Positions 40,512-52,400 of a stretch of DNA of 64,000 bases are shown here, piece by piece. The position numbers and the translations under genes were made by a program. The DNA is from Podarcis filfolensis (Eukaryota). The stretch lies in assembly GCA_964270895.1 (NCBI GenBank), contig OZ185441.1; one strand, given 5' to 3'. The stretch's first letter is position 1. The number at the start of each line of letters is the position of its first letter. The notes beneath the pieces are model-generated. The model was not told where the DNA came from and ran no database searches. It was given only the letters and a program-made list of their open reading frames with translations.

Positions 40512-41473
40512 TACAGACATTGGCCCAACTAGCTCAGTATTGTGCACAATGACAGTCAGTAGTTCTCCAGAAATTTAGACTGGATATTCCTAGCTCTTCC
40601 TGGAGATGCCAGAGCCAGAACCGGAGATCTTTTGCTCTACCACTGAGCCAAGACCCCGAGTATACAAAATCATTTTCTGCTACTGCTGTTCTGCAATTAA
40701 AAGCATTAATGAAGGACAGTCGATTAGCTACATTTTTTTCTATGATCAAGAGAATGCATACTAGCACTTTCTCATCAAGGATAGATACAAGAAGCTAACA
40801 GAAATGAAAAACGTATATAAATGGCACATGAGAAATGGAAAGGAACCACTGAGTAATTTAGTACTACCTCCTCACTGTGCGTGTGCTGTTTATTCAAATT
40901 ACGAAGATATAGATGACGTTTGTTGTTATGGAGTTAGATGAAGCAAGGTGGCAGTGCATAGCACTCATACTTCCATAAGCTAGTCAGGCTGCGATATCCA
41001 ACAAGTATGTAAACTGCATATTTTTCAGCTGACTGTTCAGAATCATTACTGAATATGTTAGGGTTTTGTTTGACAGAATTTCCATTTTAGACACACATAA
41101 AGATTATAAAATGAAACAGATGACAAATATTCCTGAAAAGCCAAGGCCATCACTGGGTGTTTATATTCTAAATCTATGACTTAATATTCTTATAGCTCTT
41201 CTGAGAGCCTGGTGTAAGCAAGGAACAACTTCTTCCCAGGATGAGCATTTACAGGAATGTACGTTCCGTTCTGAGTAATTTAAAAGAGGAGTGGCTTCAA
41301 ATGTTATGGGAAGTGCTGATAGGTGGATGCACAAAGTGGCACCCGCTTCTGCCTTCTCACTTTCAGTGTCCTGAATTAACAGGGTTTTTTGCAAGGAGGA
41401 AGTCCAACTTTAGTTATAGTTTCCCTCTCCACACAAAATACCACCCCACCTGCCACTTTGAGACCTTGCAGTC

Positions 41474-41681
41474 CAGGGGTGCCCAAACTTTTTCAAAGAG
41501 GATCAAACTTTTTTCCAAAGAGGACCAAAGTGAACATGCGTGAGGGCTGACCACAGTTGTTGCGCTTTTAAAAAAATGTTTACCCCAAAATTGTTCAGCT
41601 TTTTTTTTAGAATTTTACCCCAGGACATATACTGCCACGGGGGCCAGATTAGGCCCCCAAAACAGACTTTGGACATGCCTG
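41474..41681. mobile_element. hAT-like MITE
   Basis: Degenerate TIR caggggtgcccaaac / ctttggacatgcctg; internal near-duplication caaactttttcaaagagg; no clean TSD. Confidence 0.55.
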
Positions 41682-42216
41682 CCTTACACAGAATATGCAA
41701 AAGGAAATATCTCCACAAACCAAGGTATGAAGATAGGATCTAACCCTGGCTTCATATCATAGCTTGGCAAGAGCTCTCAAGTCACAGTCACTCAGTTTGG
41801 GTGTCATCGGAAACTGGGGGCTTAAGAAACAACAAAAATCTTCACTGAAACCAGGGATGCGAGGAAACAGCTTGTTCCTGCCCACGGACCCACAGTTCAT
41901 CAGACTGGAATGATAACATTTGAAATGGGCCACTGCCATTTTTGCTTATTTTACTTCCGTGTGGTGAAAAGAAAAAGTGCAGTAATGTGTATCTTTGTCA
42001 TCAAGTGTCTATTTATAGTGCCCCTATATCCAGAGCAAAGAGCTCAGGGTTACATACAGTTCACAAGATTTCCAGAAGTTTTGAAAACTCTTGGACATTA
42101 AATGTAGATTGAATTCTACAATTATTCTTCTATGGCATTACAAATAAGAGTTAGGAAGATACTGTGCATGAAGAAAAATGGTTAGAACAAACACTATTTT
42201 GCCTTGTCCCAAGCAA

Positions 42217-42222
42217 TTTATT
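42217..42222 (-). terminator. Distal polyadenylation signal AATAAA of RB1CC1
   Basis: tttatt on + strand; about 20 nt downstream on the minus strand lies a GU-rich tract (TAGTGTTTGTTCT). Confidence 0.65.
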
Positions 42223-42466
42223 TGAACCATTTTACTTAGATGTTTTGCTGTGCAAACATGAACTCTCATTAGAATTATGAGCTTTGCCATACACTGAAAG
42301 TTTCAGAATGCTGTTTCTTTTGAAATAATACAGGCATTTTATATTCATACAAATTATCTTATACATTTAAATTTAAAATTTACAAGAACAGTCTTGGATA
42401 GAACTGTCGTACCACACGGGCATTTAAAAAGCATGCAGACCATTTAGACATTTACAGGTTCAAATC

Positions 42467-42472
42467 TTTATT
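42467..42472 (-). terminator. Proximal polyadenylation signal AATAAA of RB1CC1
   Basis: tttatt on + strand within the 3'UTR; usage not shown. Confidence 0.45.
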
Positions 42473-43339
42473 GTTTGAAAATTCTACGTGTCTTTTACAA
42501 TACAATAATTTGTTACTTCAATGACCTTTTCATAGTTAATGTACAATGGATTCTTTTTTTCCTGAACCTCAGCCATGAAATATAATTTTATCAATATGAT
42601 TTTTCTAAATAGATTAATACAAGACTTCTCTGTGGATTGGGAAGGTTCAGGTGCTTCTTTTAAATACAAGAGCACATCTGCTTCCCTTCAAAATTCTGTG
42701 ATCAATCCTTTGAAAAAGCTTTACCTATTGCTGTTTCGTATCAGTCCAACATTTTTCTTCTCTCTCTCTTCTATTAAAGGGCTTTGTAACACCAGTTGCA
42801 GTAGTTACCTTTTCATCTACTGAGGCAAACTCATGTTGAAGAAACTTATGATTATCTGCATGCAATGAACACTCCTCTTTAAATAACTGATGAATTTATA
42901 CATATTATAAAGAATCTGTTAAAGAGTGCAAGTATTTTGATAATGATTTCACAAAAGGTCATATGCTGGTAATAATGGTAGCTAACATTTAACACCTAAT
43001 AGGAACTAATGTATATTTAACAGGCTATTAGCATGGCTAGTAAATAAGCCATGATATGTAAGATTTGCCCTTTCAGAAAATGAACTCATTTGGTCCACAC
43101 TTCTAAAGTTATCCAGGTAAAAAAAATTGGAACAGTTAGGCCAGACGTTGTGATGAAATCCTTGTTTCTAAAATGTAACACATTAAAAAGGAAGAAGGGA
43201 GGGGGGGACAGTATTACATTGTGGAGCATTGTCATGGGACCTCAGTATAAAAAGATGATGGCCTGCTACTTGGGAGTGGTGAATGAGCACTGAAGGCCAG
43301 GCCAGGAAAAAAATGGTGATGAGGAGTTTCCATCATGTG

Positions 43340-43417
43340 TTATACTTTCTTGTTCCATGGCACTGCTTTTACTCTGTAGAATTTTGTACCCAAAGGAACT
43401 TTAAATCTGTTTTGTGC
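43340..43417 (-). CDS. RB1CC1: RB1CC1 last coding exon, coding part (AQNRFKVPLGTKFYRVKAVPWNKKV*)
   Basis: Acceptor gtttttgcttag; TAA at 43342-43340. Confidence 0.97.
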   Translation of the reverse strand, partial: AQNRFKVPLGTKFYRVKAVPWNKKV

Positions 43418-46400
43418 CTAAGCAAAAACAAAAACACACATATGCAAAGAATTATTTGAAATATACCAGAGCTAGTCAGAAAACAATACTTTTTCATCTC
43501 ATTTCTTTGCAGACGTGGTTGAGCTGGCAGCTGCATGACATTTCTCCACACACACCCCAGTCCATAATCACAGCTTGTTTTATTCACAATAATGGTTCAC
43601 TAATTCATGCAAGCACAATAACACTAGCTAAATATAAATCAAGCGTCCTTTGACAAGCTCAGTATCTTTAAGGTGCAAATGGTCAAATATGCAGAAATTC
43701 TCTGTGAATGGGCAATGCAACTAAATCTACCCAACTTAACAGAATAAGATATTTAATGTACATTAAGTGAAACTGAATCTCCTTTTGAGGTAAATTACTA
43801 TTTCACCATCTAGTGGGCTATGGGTAAAAAAATGTAATTTTGTGAGACCTCAAAGCACTTGCTTCTTGATTAGCTATTGGCAGCAGCTCAGAAAATTACT
43901 GAAGTACTTGCCCCAAGATACTTAAAAGTATTTCATGGTTAGCCAAGCTTTTAGACTTAAGAAGTTGATCCAGAGCACTTTCATAAAAAATAGTAGTGTT
44001 GATGTGTAGTGTTGATATGTGAGGGATGAATTAAAAAGTTAACAATTGCTTTATTTTTCCGTGTATAAGACTAGGTTTTCCCCCTAAAAATGTCAAAAAT
44101 TAGGGGGCGTCTTATACAGAGATACATCTCCCCCCCCTTTTTCTTAAATCTGAGTCCCCCCAAATACTTTAAATATTACTCCTACAACTGAGTTTAAAAC
44201 AGAGTTATGAGTAAGAATGAGAGTAAAGTTCCCTCTTAACTAAAAGGAACTCTTGCAACTATTTTCAATGAGCCATGCTGAAACTGAATATGTATCCTTA
44301 CCTTTTTTGCCTGACAATATTCCTTTTCCATCACTTTTCCCAACACCCAGGGTCTTCGAGATGCTCCTGAAGCTGGAAGGAGAATATTTATTACTTGTGG
44401 CATGATAATATCCAAACTACTTTAGGCACAAAATTGTCCATGGCCATTTATCTAGCAGGCACATTATAATCTTAATTTTAACTATCTGACGGAATAAAAA
44501 ACTTCCATATGCAAAATGTTACCTCAAATTGGTACAATATTCTAAACTCACAATCTTGCATTTGAATTTGAAAAAGCGTATAATGGCAAAAATGTTTATA
44601 GTGGCATATTGTCATCTTTTTGCGACATACAGTGGTACCTCTGGATACGAACGGGATCCATTCCAGATCCCCGTTCGCATCCTGAAGTGAACACAACCCG
44701 TGTCTGCGGGTCGCGATTCACCGCTTCCGCGCATGACGTCATTGACCGTCTGTGCATGCTCAAGTGGTGAAACCCAGAAGTAACGCGTTCCATTACTTCC
44801 GGGTCGCCGCGGAGTGCAACCCGAAAGCGCTCAACCTGAAGCATATTTAATCCAAGGTATGACTGTACTGACAAAAGAAATTGGTTTATTGTATGGTGCG
44901 TAAGAGGGATCTACTCTCACTAAGGAGCAATAGAAGATAAAAGCAGGCAGACAGCTCACCTTCATCTCTGCTACACTTCAGTTGCCCAACCCAGCACCAC
45001 AGGAAACTTCCTTAGGCAACTTTAAAGCTACATGGACATTAATTAGTGGGGCATACTTTGATTCTTCATCTTTTTCAGGCCACCTTCCCACAGCTGTCAA
45101 CTTTTCCCCTTTTTTAAGGGAAATTCCCTTATTCCGAATAGGATTCCTCACAAGAAAAGGGAAAAGTTGGCAGCTATACACTTTCCTCAAATCCACCCAT
45201 CCACAGATATTGCTTCGCTCCTACTCATTAGAGAAGCAAAGCATTAAACCTCCATCCTCAATGCTGCTCAACTAATCTGCACAGAGCACTTAAGTAGCAG
45301 GAGAAAAAAAGACTGCGGCTACACCCTCATTCTCCCACTGCTCAGTTCATCGGCAGGAGAGGACACCACAAGCTGCATAAAATTAAAACAGTGGGCTCCA
45401 TATAGTATGTGGCAAGGGATTGCCCACCTCTGTACTACAGATAGAAACAAAGGGTATGTTTCTTGGTACATATGCATAATGGCTGGCAAATGTGCACATT
45501 GCCCAGAAAATGTAAAAAATGCAGTTAGCTTGTATACAATGCCCCACTCAAATACCTTTGGAGATAATGCATGGGAAATATATGTACAAAATACTATCAA
45601 CTTGTAAGCATTCAGTAAGTCCTGCTGGAAAGTATCTATACTGACTGGAAAATGTGCACAATTCCCTCTTCATGTTTACATTTTTCATAAGACGTGGGAA
45701 TCACGCACTAGCCACCAGTTATATATATACTGGCCCCAACATGTATATGTAATACATGCATTCACATGTTCAAACATAAATTTTAAGCAGATTATTGCAA
45801 GACTGAATATTTAAATGCACCAGAAGAACATTCTCTCCAGAGTTATGACACTTACCACACTCACCTGGTTTGAGATCCAGTGCAGCAAGAGATTCCGAGT
45901 GTAAGAAATACAAAGTTGGGCTAACAGTAAATAATACATAGTTGTCATGACGTTCATCCAAAATAATGAGAACCAAATCGCCAACCTGAAAACTGAATAA
46001 AAAAATTACAAGGCTCAGAAGAAAAGCAGCACTATTGTATTTTTGTTTACTCAGAGGAAAGCCCTACTAAGTTCAATGGGCTTCCTCCTAGGAAAGGGAC
46101 CACAAGATTGCAGCCTGCGTCATTATGCCCTTTACACACTTTGGTGCCGTGATATGCTTTTGAGGCATTATGTAGTTTTTGCTTTCACCAGCTAGGTATG
46201 GACATGTTGCCAGAATCGGGGACTTTTGTGTTGAACCAAAGGTGAAATGTTCTGGAAGGCCTGCAGACACTGTCTTGGTAGTCAAGATAACCCCAGACTA
46301 ATTGGCAGTTGTTGCACGAATGAGCTCACAGATGTTTATATTCACTTGCTTTGATATATGCTAACTGGCTTGCTTTGATGCTGTGCTTATCTGTGGGCTT

Positions 46401-49400
46401 TGGGGTGCTGGGCTCTAGGCCCAGAGAAGGGAGAAACTTTGGACAGTTGCCACCTATGGCCTCACTGGCCAGGTGTGATGGGAGGTTCTGGGTAAACTCA
46501 CATATGTTGCTCTGTGCCTAAAGGATGTATACATGTCTCCTTGGGTGCGGACAAGCCACCTCCTTACTGCAATGTCCATCCCACTTTTGTAAAGGCTGGG
46601 AGACCTGGCAGGCTGGTTGGCTGCAAGTCCCCACCTTTTTTAAAATAAAGCACCAGAACTGGTCACTCTGGCATTTTTGACATCCTTCTTTGGTATCCCT
46701 GCATCTGACTAGTCCCACAAGCCCTCCTTTGGGCCAGTGGATCAGGACAACTTTATAAAACAAACTGCATCCCATTATGCGTTTCCATATGACTTTGTAA
46801 AACAAAAGTACTTATGTAGTGGGCTGTTGTTCTAAAAAATACAGCCAGTGCTGTGTAGTAGGTAGTATCGGACTAGAAGTGGGAAGACAGGTTCAAATCC
46901 TGACTTTTACTTGCACAGTTGTGTGTGGGGAACCTCTACTGGAGAGTACTCTCTTAAGGATACAGACCAGTATCTCTTGAATGACATCAACCAGATTTTT
47001 TGTATTTGGCAGTTTAATTCTAGGATATTATCTATCCCAACATAAACAATGCATTTTTTTCAAAAAGACACCCAGGGTGGGGTGGGGCAATTAGATGCTT
47101 CCCTAAAACAATAGGAACAATTAAATAAACCAAGGCAGAGAATTGACTCACTCAATAGCTTTTCAGATATACTGTTTTCAGTCTGCACTCAAATTAGAAC
47201 TTTAAAAAGCATTTACCAGAGGAGGAATTTTTTAAAAAAGAATTCAATAAAACAGAAAAAAATATCCTTGACCATTATCAACAGCCATACTTACTCTCTG
47301 ATTGCAATTTTCTCAGAATGTCTTAGAGACACCGAAGACATGCTTTGAGACATCTGCAAAAATGAGACAGCATTATTATTATCCTTTTCTTAAGGGTTTG
47401 TGCAACATATTCTGGCTATAGGGTCAATATTGTAACATATTTCTATTACCACTTATTAGACTGCCTAGGGACACACCAGACACCAGTGAAGGATTTCCTT
47501 CCAGTATGATTGAAAGCTTTAGAGGAATGCTCTTTATCAGGACCATAGCCGGAGAGCTCTTTAACCAATAGCCTGGATGCAAAACTGGTTCACTCTCCAT
47601 AGGCTATTTTTGACAGATGAGTGGGGCGACAAAGATTCCTACCAAAAGCACATCTTGCATTGGTGCTAGATTTTTTGCAGGGATCAGCTACACTCAGGAG
47701 TTCCAACTGGGAGTCTGCATATGGTGATGATCATTCACCTGTACTCAATTTAACTTTGAATGGCATTAACTGAATAGCTGGTACTGTACTGACCTGCCAC
47801 TGTGAAACTCAATTTTAAAAAGGAAGGCAATGAGGACAGAGACTCAGTAATGAAACAAAAATATGTGAATGCACTGGGATGGTGGCGGCGGCAGCAGCAG
47901 CAAGTTCCTTTTTACTATTACTTGTATGAGAAAGAGTGTGATGGGAAGGTTGTGACAAGGTTTCTGTGTGAGGATGTGTGTGGCAGTAGGGCATGTATGT
48001 GCACACACAAACATGAATGTAAGCACACAGTCCTCAACATACTGCCAATCCTGCCTGCAGCCCCTTGGTGTCAAAAAGGTTGCTCACCCCTATTGTTTGG
48101 GCTTGGAGTGAGTACTTCACTCTGAGTCAAATGGGCAAGAATATAACAAGAGTCCTGCTGTATCAAACCAAAGGTCCAGCTAGCTCAGTATGCTGTTCTC
48201 ACCAGATGCCTATGAAAAGACTGCAAACAGGACTATTCCCCACACACCAAAAGGAAAGAAAACCTTCAGAAGCTGACCAAATTATGATCAGCATTCACAT
48301 TGCTACAAAAGAGCATGGACACTTACATCAAACACTGAAACCCATATTAAATGATGCATCAAAATCATTTCCACACAATATAAAACTTCTCTTAAAAGTA
48401 TAATTTTCCCAAGGACCATTGTGTGCACAACCATTTCAAAGAAACGAACAGAAAATAATGGGGGGAAATCACTTTTTTTATACAGTGGTACCTCGGGTTA
48501 CATACGCTTCAGGTTACAGACTCCGCTAACCCAGAAATAGTGCTTCAGGTTAAGAACTTTGCTTCAGGATGAGAACAGAAAATGTGCTCTGGCAGCGCGG
48601 CGGCAGCAGGAGGCCCCATTAGCTAAAGTGGTGCTTCAGGTTCAGAACAGTTTCAGGTTAAGTACGGACCCCCGGAACGAATTAAGTACTTAACCCGAGG
48701 TACCACTGTATTGTAAAAATCTTTCATGGCATTTTCAGGTCTAACCACCAACAATAAGTTTATTAACATGCTTTCTTATTTCATCACAATTTTAAACAAG
48801 GCTGTTAAAAACTGTGTGCCTCATCACCAGATCTGGTCTTAAGTCTCAATATATAAAATAATTACTTTTATCATCTGTTTTCTCTGTTAGGCTTTCTCTC
48901 CAACATATTGGCCTGGATCCAAAGATCTACATGCTCGACAGGGCTATTAAGAGGCAACCAATTTGTGTTCTGCTATGTTGACAGTGTAACTTTTTGTCCA
49001 TATGGAACATAAAAGCTGAATATATACCCTTTTGTCCGGTCACGCCACACCTTTTAGAATCTTTCCTTCATTTTATGACATTTAAACTCAGGGTTTTTCA
49101 TAGTCTCAGTCACAAAAATGACATGTTCCAGTGACTCTAGATGAAAGAGGTCTGTTTCCTTACTGCACCTCATAGATACTAAGAGGGTCCTAAAATAACA
49201 CTCAATCAATGGAAAACTGAACATAAATCCTTGCTCTCACAGTACATCCGAGCTGAGAGAATGTACTTCACATCTCTTCTTTATGATGACGTAAATGAAA
49301 GGAAGCATTTGCTGATAAAATCTTGGGAGTATCAAGAAAAAATGCAGTCATGCTCTTGGCTGCTACATTAGTTGCTTCAAAACCAAGTAGCAGCTATAAT

Positions 49401-52400
49401 TACCCATAGACTGGCAAAAACTAGCTTTAGATTATTCGTGCTTACTTGTGAAATAATTAAGTTACTGTTTTCCCCTTGTGAAACTTCCGTTACTGACAAA
49501 AAACGGTCTTTAAATCATACATCCAACTGCCAAATGCTCTCTTGTAGCTTTGTTAGTGTTCAGCTGAACACAATATAAGATATATTAGACTTCACATGAG
49601 GGGAAAAAGTAAAGTTTGCCATTAAATGAAAGTTTGGCTACAAACTTTTAGAAGCAAGTTATTTAAATCAGTGAGACATACTTTTCAAGTAAAAATGGAT
49701 AGGATTACATAGGATGGTAGTCAACTCAATAACTGCACTCACACAAGGCTTACCATTGGGATGTTTACTGTAGTACTATGTTGGATCCAACCAATAGTAT
49801 TTTAGAATGCCACTGAAAAATACCTCCAGTGAAAACTACTTTTTACTGCACTTCAACATCATTATTATGCAAAACTAGTACAGTATCACTGATTCTTAGT
49901 TTCAAAGTAATTAGAAACCTATGTCTATTCCTATGAAGTGATTACAAAATCTCATTAAAGAAACCAGGCAAGACTCCAGCTTGCCTGCTGAATATTCTCT
50001 GCTTTGCACAGCCTTTGGGGTAGCCAAAGGGGTTTCCTCCTGATTTTGCTGGACTATCATTTCCATCAGTCCCAGGCAACATGGCTGACTGACTACAACA
50101 CCCATCATCCCTGACCCGACTACATCTGGAGGGTGCTATGCAGGTTACCCGTTCTAAGGCATGTTCTCTATACTCCCAGCACTCCTTGATGGCTGTACAC
50201 TGTGGGGAAGTTCAGCAATGAGGGACAAGCCTTCTTGAAAAAATCTTTAATCAAGAATGATTTAATCAATTGATCAATCAAGTCTACTGCCAACCACCCC
50301 TAAATGAACACCACTGCATACCTAATCAAAGTCGTTTACACAAATCACAAACAGAAACATAAATAAATCTAATAAACAGTCGTAGTGCTGCAATACCAGC
50401 AGCTTTCATGAGTGCTATGAGTTCCAGAACCCCATGTAGCCACATCTCTCCTGTTATGACATCATGCTTCTAGACTAATGCATCACAATTCTAGATCCTA
50501 CATCTTAGACTAGATCAGCTCCTAGCAACTCCCATGGAACTGCTTCTGGCAAGGTTGTTCCTCACTATATATTGCTAGCTTTATTTTCAAGCAACACACA
50601 CACACACACGAACATACATATGAATAATTTTCCTTGTTTCTTTGAAAAACTACTCCCATCCTCAAATTCTGAAATATCTTAGATTTTTTTTTAAAAAAAG
50701 AGATAAATCAAACAAACAAAAATAAAAATTTTTAAAAGGAATATTTGCTCTCCCCACCACTTTGAAAGTATTGGTTTAATTATTATTTTTTACTCCTCAA
50801 CAGTTTTCTTGGGCCTCTCAATTACAATGATCATCACATCCAAATGTAGCCTGGCTTAACGCTGTATTATAAAGGCATACCCTCTTGAGTTAAGTCTCAT
50901 TGCCACAAGCCAAGAGTGGCAAAAACCTACCTGTTTAACCACATTTGTTTTCTAAACACATAATTTTGTTATATGCTTACCAATCTTTGATTAAGCCTCT
51001 TATTTTCCTCCTCTTTCAACTGCAACGTCTATAAAACAGCATAACACAAACCTTTCAACATTTTGTTTAAATATAGTTTTACATATATTAGTTTTATAAC
51101 TTCATATGCATGTTTTCAATATTTTAAGACTGCAATTCTATACTTATGTGGGAGAGGATGGCTCATTTAAAGTCTGAGTAAACAGGTTTAGGGTTGTGTT
51201 GCTAGAGGCTCAATTTTTAAAAAACACTACAGATATAAGTGTGTGTGTGTGTGTGTGCAGTTAAGTGTATAACCCACACTTATTTATTGTGCCACATACT
51301 TTAGTGGGTCTGAATATGTTTCAGATCAGATTTGGCCTACTGGAACAGAAATTCATACCAGCTGTGCCATCTATTAAGTATGAACTCAAATGATGGTGTT
51401 CATAGCTGAATCATATTTCTTCCGAGTAGTTACATAACTTGGAAATTCAGCTTTGATTTCCTGAAAGTTAAATTTTCTTTCATTGGCTAGCAAAGAAGTT
51501 GCATGATAGAAGAAATTCTCAAAGCTTTGATACTGTTAAATTAATTTGGCCCATGGTGTCCAAGCTTCCAAGACACGTCCCAACTGCAATTTATGACCTG
51601 CAGTCTGAGGGCAGGGGAGGAATTTGAAAACAGTCATCTCTATAGATGAGCTCTCCTACCATCACCACACCAGCTTTGACTGTAGGTGGGTGAGATCCAA
51701 GTATTCATCTTCCCTTTTTTACTGGCATATGGCTGGGTAGGCGAGATCTGTATTACAAGTTAAAAAACCAGTCAACACATCTATAACCAGTCGTTGTTTG
51801 ACATCTTTTTAACTACAGGTGTTAGGGATTAAACCTGGGGCTTTCTGGATACAAAGCATGTGTTACATCCCTGAGTTTTCTCAGTAACCTATGAAATGTG
51901 TATTAATTGGAAAGCCAAAGTAAGCACAATAATTCCTATATTTCTAGTTTTAACAGGAATCAGTTTAAATGTCCTAATATGAAAGGGCAGTATTGACTCT
52001 GATCCAATAGTTCTAAGCACCTAAAATGAGGAAATGCTTTCAGTCATCCAGCTGCAGAATAGCAGCAGTAACTGTTGTGTTACTACTCAGTAATACTTAA
52101 AAAGACATTTGTCAAAGTAAAACTTTAGAACTCTCTTGATTTAGGAATGGGACAATTAATTTACATTAGTTAAGAATTAATAGGACAATTAACTTACAGA
52201 TCTTACAGATTACACATAACGCAGTAACAGGTTTGCTCGATAAACAGCAAACATGGTAGCAAGGTAGGCTTGTGCAAAAAACAAAAACACAACAGGCTCC
52301 TGTGAGCAAAGGTCATGCTGCTGTGAGCAGATCTCTGGCTGACCAGGATCCACATGTGCAAACAAGTGCTGCACATGCAGTTCCTGGGCTGGATCTCTGC

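Larger units (their letters stand above)
42200..43339 (-). other. RB1CC1: RB1CC1 3'UTR (about 1.1 kb; exact end inferred)
   Basis: AT-rich sequence without recognisable repeats downstream of the stop, ending near AATAAA plus a GU-rich tract. Confidence 0.7.
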
